A program made the translations under genes and the position numbers. Below the pieces are notes generated by a model. The model made no database searches, had not been told where the DNA came from, and worked only from the letters and a program-made list of their open reading frames with translations. A DNA stretch of 63,960 nucleotides, counting the filler, from Lentisphaeria bacterium (GTDB taxonomy: Bacteria > Verrucomicrobiota > Lentisphaeria > JABSQK01 > JAWLHB01), in assembly GCA_041690595.1 (NCBI GenBank). It is 3 parts of 3 records of this genome, joined end to end, with 100 filler letters (N's around TTAATTAATTAA, not from the genome) between each part and the next. Parts side by side here need not be neighbours in the genome. Positions count along the whole stretch, not along the records: positions 1 to 28,481 come from JAWLHB010000067.1; positions 28,582 to 55,970 come from JAWLHB010000068.1; 1 more part is not named here. The stretch is one strand, 5' to 3'. Shown piece by piece: positions 20,636 through 29,298 of this stretch (position 1 is its first letter; every line of letters begins with the position of its first letter).

Positions 20636-21246
20636 ATATCATCTGTCTTGGCGATTCCATCACCTTTGCCGGAAATGTTGCCGAAGGGGACCGCTGGCCG
20701 ACCATCCTCCATGGCCTGCTCGACGAACGGCTCCCCGGCCTCTGCAAGGTCTGGAACCGGGGGGTCGGCGGAAATACCACTTCACAGGGGATGGAGCGGG
20801 TGACCCCGAGCGTGCTCCCCCTGCTGCCGGGGCTGCTGATCTGCGAGTTCGGCTTCAACGACGCATATTTTCATCCCTGGGCGAACAAGGCGCGGGTCGG
20901 GTTGAACGAATTCCGGGACAACCTCGGCTCCTTCCATCAGCTCGCCCTCGACCATGATTCCACCTGCGTCTTCATCGTCAACCACACCATCGATACCCCC
21001 GCCGAGCCGCAGTGCAACGGCAAGTTCTACGATGAAAATTATGCACCCTACACGGTCGCCATTCGTGAAGTCGCCAAGGCGCTCGCCGCACCCGCCATCG
21101 ATCTGCCTTGCATGATGATCGAACGGGGACTCGTTCCCGCCGATATCGTTACCGAGGACGGCATTCACCTTACCGCCGACGGGAATCGCCACTACGCCGA
21201 GATGGTCGACGAAGGGCTGAAGGCGGCCGGCCTGCCCGCGGCCTGA
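20632..21246 (+). CDS. SGNH/GDSL hydrolase
   Basis: GDSIT, NRGVGG, FGFND, DGIHL; GTGA overlap with coaX. Confidence 0.9.
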   Translation: MNIICLGDSITFAGNVAEGDRWPTILHGLLDERLPGLCKVWNRGVGGNTTSQGMERVTPSVLPLLPGLLICEFGFNDAYFHPWANKARVGLNEFRDNLGSFHQLALDHDSTCVFIVNHTIDTPAEPQCNGKFYDENYAPYTVAIREVAKALAAPAIDLPCMMIERGLVPADIVTEDGIHLTADGNRHYAEMVDEGLKAAGLPAA

Positions 21247-21248
21247 GA

Positions 21249-22226
21249 TCAGCGCTCGCGACCACCCGGCTTCTGCACTTCCGCGGTCAGGTAGATGCCC
21301 AGCACGTTGCTGCGCTCCTGCCGGTTGTAAAGCTCCGGCCCCAGCAACTGGCGCATGAAATCCTGTGTCGCTTCAGTATTGCCGCCGATATGCACCCGCT
21401 GCCCCGGCTGCACCACCAGCGAGCTGCGCACTTCCTCGACCCGGAAGGAGTGGCGTTTCCCCTCCCGGTCATGATAGGTCACCACCGGATAGAGGTCGAC
21501 GCTGATCAGGCCATTGTCCTGATAGACTGGAAGGACATAGAGGGAGGCTCCCACATCACGCCACTCCGTCGGCGGGATCTCATGGCGCACGATAACCGTG
21601 GAGTGGGGGCCCGCGTAGAGGGGGCGGAAGGTGAAGCGCCGTAGCCAGGTGGGATCCGGAATCTGCCGCCCCACCCAGATCTGGGCGGGAGAGCCGCTGA
21701 GGGTGAGGATCTGTTGCGTCGTTCCGCGGCTTCCTTCGCGGCTTGTCTGGTTGCCGGTGATCTCGACCTTCTCCGGCCAATGCACCTTGCCATCCTCGAT
21801 AATCACCTTCGGGCCGCCCGGATCGTCATCGAAGACCGCCCCCAGATGCGTGCCCTCCTGCATGTAGTCGTTGGCGAACTCCACCGTCAGGCGCACATTC
21901 ACCGCCTTTCGGTCGATGCTCTCCAGAAACGCGCGCACCTTGTCCACCACCTCCTGGCGATCGTGCACGACCAGTGAATTGCGTCGTCGCAGATAGCCCA
22001 TCATCCCCTTCGGTGACAACATGGGACGGATGAAGGGCTCCGCCTCCTCATAGGTCAGTGATTCCAGGGGAATGAAGACGGATACCTCCTCTGACCCCGG
22101 TTCCGGCTTGAGCACGATGATCCTTCGGGGTCCATCTTCCGGCTCTCTCATCGGCTCCGGTTGCGGCGCCGGTTCCTGGCCCAGCACGAAGGGCATGACC
22201 AGCAGCAGTAACAACAGGTATCGCAT
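21249..22226 (-). CDS. Short secretin-like protein (Secretin_N/NolW-type domain plus truncated secretin core)
   Basis: Signal peptide MRYLLLLLLV after GGAGG; NSLVVHD..V..V..FL..ID; QQILTLSGSPAQIWVG. Confidence 0.7.
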   Translation of the reverse strand: MRYLLLLLLVMPFVLGQEPAPQPEPMREPEDGPRRIIVLKPEPGSEEVSVFIPLESLTYEEAEPFIRPMLSPKGMMGYLRRRNSLVVHDRQEVVDKVRAFLESIDRKAVNVRLTVEFANDYMQEGTHLGAVFDDDPGGPKVIIEDGKVHWPEKVEITGNQTSREGSRGTTQQILTLSGSPAQIWVGRQIPDPTWLRRFTFRPLYAGPHSTVIVRHEIPPTEWRDVGASLYVLPVYQDNGLISVDLYPVVTYHDREGKRHSFRVEEVRSSLVVQPGQRVHIGGNTEATQDFMRQLLGPELYNRQERSNVLGIYLTAEVQKPGGRER

Positions 22227-22346
22227 CGCAAACCTCCCGGCGGCTATCGCCATCCAGACTACTATACATCCCCTCCCACGAAACCGCCCACTGGCACTTC
22301 CCGCCGCCACTGCCTCCCGCCGCGCCATGCCAGCTCCCTGCCACCT

Positions 22347-23144
22347 CTATCCAAGGCGCCGCGCGGACGGCTGCTGCCGCCATTGAGTCGGGGAGACGCC
22401 GAAGCGGCAGCGAAAACGCGTAGCGAAATGATTCGGATCCTCGAACCCCACCTGCCAGGCCACCTCTTTGATCGTCAGGTTGCTGCGCACCAGCAGATGC
22501 TGCGACTGCTCCAGCCGAAGCTGCTCCAGAAAGTGCATCGGCGGTTGCCCCACCTGGCTGCGAAAGAGATGCGCCAGGCGCGAGGCCGACAAGCCCACCG
22601 CCGACGCAATATCCGCCACCCGCAGCGGCTGACGATAACCCCGCTGCAAGAGATCCACCGCCTGCTGCACACGTTCGTCCAGCGGCGTCTCCCGCGCGCT
22701 GAGATCCAGGGACGACGCCAGGAGCAGCACCCGCTCCAGCGCGTTCTCGGCCAGCGCCTGGCCCACCGGCGTCCCGGAGACGAAGAAGCGATGCGCCTCC
22801 GCAAAGGTGGCGACGATCTCGCGGCGCTCCGGACCATTCGACAGATACAATTGCGGCACCCCATGGGGCCCGACCGGCCATTCTACCACCCGCAGCAGCT
22901 CCTCGCGTGGGGCAAAGATGGCCCACAGCTCCCGACCCGCGCTGCGCCCGCGCAGGCGAAACGGCATCTCCGGCGGCGTCAGGACCAGGCTCCACGGCTG
23001 CTGCGGGCGGAAGCGAGGCTGCACCCCCGTACGCCGATCCATGCTCCCGCTGGTGATCAGCTCCAGCGTGTGACACGGGTACCCCTGATCCCGCTCATGG
23101 GCATGGTCCGCCGCAAAAACATGATCGCCTGTCGAGACTATCAT
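22347..23144 (-). CDS. AraC family transcriptional regulator
   Basis: VADIASAVGLSASRLAHLFR and IKEVAWQVGFEDPNHFATRFR..GVSP. Confidence 0.93.
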   Translation of the reverse strand: MIVSTGDHVFAADHAHERDQGYPCHTLELITSGSMDRRTGVQPRFRPQQPWSLVLTPPEMPFRLRGRSAGRELWAIFAPREELLRVVEWPVGPHGVPQLYLSNGPERREIVATFAEAHRFFVSGTPVGQALAENALERVLLLASSLDLSARETPLDERVQQAVDLLQRGYRQPLRVADIASAVGLSASRLAHLFRSQVGQPPMHFLEQLRLEQSQHLLVRSNLTIKEVAWQVGFEDPNHFATRFRCRFGVSPTQWRQQPSARRLG

Positions 23145-23260
23145 CGCTTCACCGGATTAGCAGAATTATCAAGATGAAAAGCAGAACTATCGCCTTTCAT
23201 GGGAAACTTTCCAGCAGTATTCTAAGGTATGTACCCCGAACCCTTTCCCAGGAACTGACC

Positions 23261-24541
23261 ATGAGCACGATGACGAGCGCCAAACTTGCGATCCACGGCG
23301 GCACCCCCACCGTCCCTGAAAACTTCCAGTTTCACCGCTGGCCCCCCATTGACGAGAGCGACGAACAGCTGGTGCTCGAAGCGCTACGGCAGGGGAATCA
23401 CTCCGGCGGCGGCCCCCATGTGCGCCAACTCGAACGGGAATTCTCCGAGTGGAACGGCAACCGCCACGTCATCGCGACATGCTACGGCGGCGCCGCTCTT
23501 CACATGTGCATTGCCGGCTGCAATGTCGGTGCCGGTGACGAGGTCATCACTACCTCCCTGAGTTGGACCACCAGCGCCACCTGCATCCTCCATCACTGTG
23601 CCATCCCCATCTTCGTCGATGTCGACTGGCAGGCGATGCACCTCGACCCCGCCAAGATCGAGGCTGCCATCACCGATCGCACCCGCGCCATCCTCGTCGT
23701 CCATTATTGGGGCGTCTCCTGTGACATGGATGCGATCATGGCCATTGCCAAGCGTCACAATCTCATGGTGATCGAGGATGCCTGCCAGGCGCACGGAGCC
23801 CTCTACAAGGGACGCAAGGTCGGCACCATCGGCCACTGCGGCGCCTTCAGCATGAACCAGAACAAGAACCTCTGCGGCGGCGAAGGCGGCTTCTTTGTCA
23901 CCGACGACGATGCCATCCTCGAGCGCGGCAGGGCTGTCATGAGCTTCAGCGACATGCGTCCCGCCGATGCCGGCCGCGATTACCACCAGTACGGTCTCGG
24001 CTACAAGTACGGTCACGGCAATCTGCCCTCCGCCTTTGCCCTCTCCCAGCTGCGCAAGCTGACCAAGACCAACGACTGGGCTCGGGAAAACTGGCAGCGG
24101 CTGGACAGCTATCTGACGGATTGCCCGCACCTCGTTCGTTCCTACTCCACCGACGAACGGCCCACCAACGGCTATGCCTACGTTCTGCGCGTCCAGCCAG
24201 AGTATGCCAGCCAGCGCGGCGTCGCCCTCTCGGATATGACCAATGCCATTGCGGCCGCTCTGCGCGCGGAGGGCACCCCCTTCAGCCGCGCCAACTGGCT
24301 CCTGCCCGCGCACGGCGTCTTCCAGGCCAAGAACGCCTTCGGCAAAGGCGCCCCGTGGACGCATTACGCCCGCCCAGAGATCAGCTACGCCCTCGGCCAG
24401 TGGCCGGTCGCTCAGGATTGCGTCGATACCTGCCTGTGGAACATCAACCTCCACCGCCCGCCCAACCGCCAGGAGCAGGTCGACCTGCTGGGCATCAGCA
24501 TCCGCAAGGTCTTCGAGAATCTCGACCAGCTCGAAGTCTGA
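23261..24541 (+). CDS. DegT/DnrJ/EryC1/StrS PLP-dependent aminotransferase
   Basis: GAGDEVI, IEDACQAHGA, FSMNQNKNLCGGEGG (PLP lysine). Confidence 0.92.
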   Translation: MSTMTSAKLAIHGGTPTVPENFQFHRWPPIDESDEQLVLEALRQGNHSGGGPHVRQLEREFSEWNGNRHVIATCYGGAALHMCIAGCNVGAGDEVITTSLSWTTSATCILHHCAIPIFVDVDWQAMHLDPAKIEAAITDRTRAILVVHYWGVSCDMDAIMAIAKRHNLMVIEDACQAHGALYKGRKVGTIGHCGAFSMNQNKNLCGGEGGFFVTDDDAILERGRAVMSFSDMRPADAGRDYHQYGLGYKYGHGNLPSAFALSQLRKLTKTNDWARENWQRLDSYLTDCPHLVRSYSTDERPTNGYAYVLRVQPEYASQRGVALSDMTNAIAAALRAEGTPFSRANWLLPAHGVFQAKNAFGKGAPWTHYARPEISYALGQWPVAQDCVDTCLWNINLHRPPNRQEQVDLLGISIRKVFENLDQLEV

Positions 24542-24603
24542 TCCGCGGATTCCGATCAGGCTCCGGTGGTTGCCCAACGAGTGGCGGCGCCGGAGCCTGT
24601 ACC

Positions 24604-25578
24604 CTAGTTCGCTCGCGGGTGCGCCTTCTCGTAGACCGCCAGAAGACGCTGCGGCGTGATGTGGGTATAGATCTGCGTCGTCGACAAGCTGGCATGCCCC
24701 AGGAACTCCTGCACTGTGCGCAGATCGGCGCCGGCTTCCAGCAGGTGGGTCGCGAAGGAATGGCGCAGCGCGTGTGGGGTGAAGATATCCGGAAGCTCTG
24801 CTTCCGCCAGGTAATTCTTGAAGGTCCGCTGCACGGAGCGCGCCGTCAGTCGATCTCCCTTCTGATTGACAAAGATCGCCCCGCGGGCCCGCCGTTTGCC
24901 CAGGTGCAGCCGTTCCCGCTCATTCAGGTACGCGCGGAGTGCTTTCTGTGCGGGCGGCCCCATCATGCAGATCCGCTCCTTCCTCCCCTTGCCCCGTACG
25001 CGAAAGCTCCCGGAGATGAAGTCGATGTCCTCGTAGTCCAGCCCGATCACCTCGCTGATGCGCAGGCCGCCGCTGTAGATCACCTCGAGTATCGCCGTAT
25101 CCCGAGCCGCGCAGAAGGCCGTGTCGCCCTGGTTGACGGTCTTCGTCTTCGACAGACGATCCCAGTAGGCGGCGGGCGCATCCAGCAGCGCGCTGACCGC
25201 CGCCTGCGACAGGAACTGCGGCAGCTCCCGGCGACGCTTCGACGACGACAAAGCCATGAAGGGATTGCTCTCCAGCACCTCCTCGCGCACCAGAAAGCGG
25301 CAGAATGAGCGCAGACTCGACACCTTGCGCATCATGGTGGTCCGTGCCATCCCATGGGCGCTCAGCCGCAACACGAACTGCCTCGCCGCCGCCACCGAAA
25401 AAGTCTGCTCCGTCACGTCGGTGGTGCCATAGAGCGTCTGCAGCATGGTAGCGTACTGGGCTATATCCATGCGATAGCCGTTCACCGTATTCTCCGTGGC
25501 ATTGCGCTCCGCCCGCATGTAGCGCAGAAACGACTCCACCCGCGACTCCAGTTCCGATCCGCCCTCTTCACTCACCAT
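24604..25578 (-). CDS. xerC: Tyrosine recombinase XerC/XerD type
   Basis: GLRISE, GKGRKER, HALRHSFATHLL, LGHASLSTTQIYTH..YEKAHPRA. Confidence 0.9.
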   Translation of the reverse strand: MVSEEGGSELESRVESFLRYMRAERNATENTVNGYRMDIAQYATMLQTLYGTTDVTEQTFSVAAARQFVLRLSAHGMARTTMMRKVSSLRSFCRFLVREEVLESNPFMALSSSKRRRELPQFLSQAAVSALLDAPAAYWDRLSKTKTVNQGDTAFCAARDTAILEVIYSGGLRISEVIGLDYEDIDFISGSFRVRGKGRKERICMMGPPAQKALRAYLNERERLHLGKRRARGAIFVNQKGDRLTARSVQRTFKNYLAEAELPDIFTPHALRHSFATHLLEAGADLRTVQEFLGHASLSTTQIYTHITPQRLLAVYEKAHPRAN

Positions 25579-25737
25579 GCACCTCCTGTGGCTGAGCCAT
25601 AATCTACGACACGATTCTCCATTCCGCCATTATTTGCGCCAATTCGCGCGCCACACGATTTGACCTTTGACGCGCACGTATTAAGGTAGTCGCCTTACAA
25701 GCTGCAGTATGCAGTTCCATGTGCGGCCAGCTTCTGC

Positions 25738-25831
<94 letters not shown>

Positions 25832-25972
25832 TTCCGAACGCTAGTGAGAAAACTGGCGGCGTGAGGGATGAGAACCCGACCAAAGGGGTTCGACCGCCCC
25901 ACTTGCGCTCGGTTTTCCCTGCATGCCCCGCGACCAGAGTCTGGCGTGCTCCACTGGGCTGGATCCTGCATT

Positions 25973-26097
25973 TGATCCGACTGATCCGACTGATCCGACT
26001 GATCGGGGTCGCTCCTCCCCTGGTCGCTGCTTCCTTGCTCCAACTGATCGGGGTCGCTCCTCCCCTGGTCGATCTTCCACGACGCTTCCTTGCTCCA
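25973..26097. repeat. Three 9-nt tandem units (TGATCCGAC) plus a 29-nt direct repeat
   Basis: ACTGATCGGGGTCGCTCCTCCCCTGGTCG at 25998 and 26043; GCTTCCTTGCTCCA at 26029 and 26084. Confidence 0.85.
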
Positions 26098-26338
26098 CCG
26101 GGCCGCACGTGTTGGAGTGTGCGCACCGGTGGCGGCCGTTCATCGACCCGCAGCGACGCAGATTTCAACCTTTAACCCTTTTCAATATTATTGAAATCGA
26201 TAGAATATTGAAAATCGTGAGAGCGATTGCCAATGCCGCAGCTGGCATCTCACGTAGGTTGACTCCTGCGATAGAGGCCGGATAGTGTCCACGGATACGC
26301 CTTCCATCAACTTCACCGACCATCAGGAGGCGGATGTT

Positions 26339-26887
26339 ATGAAAGAGAATGTGACGCTGGCGGTTCGTGGGGGGCTGGTTCTTCTTGTGCTGGCTGGTCT
26401 GTTTGCGTCATGCAGGGTTGGCAAGTCCACTGCCACATGTTGGTCCACGCATCTGGGAATGGCGCCCATTGAAGCATGCTATCCGGTTGCACCCCTTGTT
26501 GAGGAGCTTTCGGAAGACCCTCTTGTGGTGTATGCTGGAAACGTGAGGCTGTATCGCCCGCTTGCCAGAATTGCCGTTGTGGGACGCACCAGCGAAGAAA
26601 AGTTGGAGGCGCTGGCAAGAAAGCGTGATTACTTGTGGACAGAGACGCTTGATGGCAAGGCTGAAGTTGCCTGGCCGCTCGAAAACATAGGCTTGACGTC
26701 CTTGTACTCCTCGCTGAAGTTTGAAAGCGGTGATCCGTTCGTCACGGGAACTGCGCCAAACGACGCTTACCAAGTCGGCATCCGCTATAACCGGAGCACG
26801 GGATATGTCCTCATCGTAGCCACGGGCTATGAATCGTCCGCGGAAGAGAACATAAGGCAGGTTGTTAATCTCCCGCTCCGCGACTAG
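26339..26887 (+). CDS. Hypothetical lipoprotein
   Basis: AGGAGG upstream of ATG; hydrophobic stretch ending LFASC; lower GC than flanks by eye. Confidence 0.65.
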   Translation: MKENVTLAVRGGLVLLVLAGLFASCRVGKSTATCWSTHLGMAPIEACYPVAPLVEELSEDPLVVYAGNVRLYRPLARIAVVGRTSEEKLEALARKRDYLWTETLDGKAEVAWPLENIGLTSLYSSLKFESGDPFVTGTAPNDAYQVGIRYNRSTGYVLIVATGYESSAEENIRQVVNLPLRD

Positions 26888-26965
26888 CGCATTGTCGGTC
26901 AAGCTCGTGCTGCTCAGATCTTTTCTACACCAACACAACTGGCCTGGCACTGACTCGATCGTGAA

Positions 26966-27682
26966 TCAGCGACCTTGCACCTCACGTTCGATCCAGAACC
27001 ACCAGCCCGAACCATAGTCGTGGCCGGTCTTCCAGTTGCGGTCGCGGAGGGTGACGTCGCCGACCCAGCTGTTGGGCAAGCCGAGGATGTCGGAGGTGGG
27101 GCCGAAGGCGTGGGGGCGAGTGATGACACTGCCGTCGAAAAAGAGGAGGTTGGCGGCGCCGCCGTGGGGGATGTCGGAGGGGTTCTGCCGGTATTCGTTG
27201 CGCGTGCGGACATCCGCCACCAGCACGCGGCGCCCATCGATGCGGGGGATGCCGCCTGTGGTGACCGGCATTTCTTCCATGAAGTAGCGCAGCTTGGGGT
27301 ATTCCCGGTAGTAGACGTCGCCGCCGCGGCCGGGCCAGCCGGTTACATAGTCGCAGTTGTTGCCGGTGCCGTGCTCGTGGCGGCCGGGACAAGTCAGAGT
27401 AGCGAGGTCGAGCCCTTCCTCCAGCAGGTAGCCGAGGCCGAAGGGGATGGAAGAGTCGCTGTAGCTGGTCAGCATGTTGCTGGCGCGGTCGCCGGCTTTC
27501 GTCGGATTGGGTGGGAGGTTGTCGTCGGCGTTGTCGACGTACATCATCATGGAGAGGCCGATCTGCCGCGACTGGCTCATGCAGGCGCTCGTCTTGGCTT
27601 TGATGCGCGCCTGGCTGAGGGCGGGCAGAAGCATGGAGGCCAGCACTGCGATGATTGACACGACAACGAGCAGCTCGACGCG
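26966..27682 (-). pseudogene. Prepilin/H-X9-DG protein lacking its start and leader
   Basis: Frame reads [34 protein letters not shown]; in-frame TGA at 27685-27683. Confidence 0.75.
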
Positions 27683-28384
27683 TCAAGACCTGGATGCCGA
27701 AGGCGTCCGACCAGGGTTGACGCGGCAGGATTCGTTCCACGAAGCCGTCTTCGTTGTACATCCCGAGGTAGGCGGTTGCGATCAGCGTGCCGCCGGCGTC
27801 GACCCAGTTCAGGAGATTGGCGATGACGGTATCGCACAAGGCCGTGCGCATGGGGAGAAACAGGAGCCGACAGTGGTCGGGTACGCCTTCCGTTTCCAGG
27901 TTCAGGGCGTGGTGGATGTCGACGGGGAGACCGGCTTCCATGAGGCCGACGGTGAGTTCTTCTGCCGCCCAACCGGCGGATATGCCCTGCTTCACCCAGT
28001 CCTGCCCTGCCTGTTCGCAGATCAGCGTACGGTGGTCGGTGACGACTCCGATGGCGGCAAGCGGAGCGGCGGCGCCGATCAGGCTTTCACGCTCTCGCCT
28101 GATGGCGGCGGTGATATCGGCGACGGCGTCGGTGGGCTCGTTGCAGGAGCCGTCGATATTGACGAGCCCCCAGCTCGGTGCTTCCTCGCCGAGGCGTTCG
28201 TTACGATATTGCCAAAAGATCGCTGCTTGCGCGCCTTGGCCGAGGGCGAGCAAGAGGTTCGAGCGGATCTCGGCGGCGGTTTTGCCGGCGTGGCCGTACT
28301 GGTAGTAGATCGGGCCGCCAGCGTGTTCGCTGAGCCACATGGGCTTGCCGTGCGCCATGGAGCGGGCGACGGTGTAGTACATGG
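27680..28384 (-). pseudogene. Internal fragment of a GH42 beta-galactosidase
   Basis: GKPMWLSE (nucleophile region), FWQYR.E..G.E..WGLV, trimerisation domain WVDAGGTLI; 5' end cut by an IS end, 3' end joined to the pilin gene. Confidence 0.75.
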
Positions 28385-28481
28385 GTAAGCGTCAAAAATA
28401 CCCCATGTTGTTTTTGGGGCCAGACGCCTACGCGGCTTGGGCCTTGGCTTCGCGCTTTGCTTTCCAGACGTCGGGGAGGAA
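28385..28481 (-). mobile_element. IS66-family terminal fragment (IR and TnpC C-terminus)
   Basis: Terminus GTAAGCGTC at 28385; minus strand encodes FLPDVWKAKREAKAQAA* (28481-28428), like the IS66 TnpC 'LLPxxW' tail. Confidence 0.7.
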
Positions 28482-28581
28482 NNNNNNNNNNNNNNNNNNN
28501 NNNNNNNNNNNNNNNNNNNNNNNNNTTAATTAATTAANNNNNNNNNNNNNNNNNNNNNNNNNNNNNNNNNNNNNNNNNNNN
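28482..28581. other. Artificial contig linker
   Basis: N44-TTAATTAATTAA-N44 (stops in all six frames). Confidence 0.97.
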
Positions 28582-29121
28582 AGTGGTATTGAGAGCACGC
28601 GGGGTGATGGCGATGTCGCTAGTCGCGGTTCGGAGAACCCCTCCTACGTTGCCGGGCCTGTCGAGGCTAACGGCAGTGGTATTGAGAGCACGCGGGGTGA
28701 TGGCGATGTCGCTAGTCGCGGTTCGGAGAACCCCTCCCACGTTGCCGGGCCTGTCGAGGCTAACGGCAGTGGTATTGAGAGCACGCGGGGTGATGGCGAT
28801 GTCGCTAGTCGCGGTTCGGAGAACCCCTCCTACGTTGCCGGGCCTGTCGAGGCTAACGGCAGTGGTGTTGAGAGCACGCGGGGTGATGGCGATGGCAGGG
28901 CCGTTGGGGACAACGGCCCAAGTCGCGGTTCGGAGAACCCCTCCCACGTTGAGGCTAGTCGCGGTTCGGAGAACCCCTCCCACGTTGCCGGGCCTGTCGA
29001 GGCTAACGGCAGTGGTGTTGAGAGCACGCGGGGTGATGTCGATGTCGCTAGTCGCGGTTCGGAGAACCACCCCTCCTACGTTGAGGCTAGTCGCGGTTCG
29101 GAGAACCCCTCCCACGTTGAG
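28582..29121. repeat. Mosaic tandem array with a 93-bp period built around a REP-like core
   Basis: Units start at 28582, 28675, 28768, 28861 and 29011; core AGTCGCGGTTCGGAGAACCCCTCCYACGTTG occurs 7 times. Confidence 0.95.
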
Positions 29122-29223
29122 GACAAGACGACCGAGGATTGGACCGATATTTTGAGCGTGGGAGGGGAGGCGGTATGCTTCCGCGAAGCTGTCAGTGGAC
29201 AGAATCGCCGCGGCCCCGTATAG
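28582..29223 (+). CDS. 3' part of a repeat-containing protein (SRGSENPSY/H repeats), truncated by the contig edge
   Basis: Frame open from the gap to TAG 29221-29223; G-rich first codon positions; all repeat length variants are multiples of 3. Confidence 0.5.
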   Translation, partial: SGIESTRGDGDVASRGSENPSYVAGPVEANGSGIESTRGDGDVASRGSENPSHVAGPVEANGSGIESTRGDGDVASRGSENPSYVAGPVEANGSGVESTRGDGDGRAVGDNGPSRGSENPSHVEASRGSENPSHVAGPVEANGSGVESTRGDVDVASRGSENHPSYVEASRGSENPSHVEDKTTEDWTDILSVGGEAVCFREAVSGQNRRGPV

Positions 29224-29298
29224 TTGCACGGTCGCGAGACGCGGCAGCGCGCCACTAATCACGCATTCAAATCAGACTTGTGCTGCTCCAGGTTCGCC

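Noticed and set aside
26982..28382. 466-aa ORF as a genuine protein
   Set aside because: The C-terminal half is an out-of-frame read of the pilin gene
28482..28581. TTAATTAATTAA as a biological motif, or IS66 linked to the repeat array
   Set aside because: Artificial linker, identical at 55971-56070; no linkage can be inferred across it
28582..29121. CRISPR array
   Set aside because: Sequences between the cores are near-identical copies, not unique spacers; spacing is irregular; no cas genes are present
28534..29262. Minus-strand 242-aa and plus-strand 190-aa repeat ORFs
   Set aside because: They are open only because of the 3n repeats; the frame starting at 28582 has a more typical codon pattern
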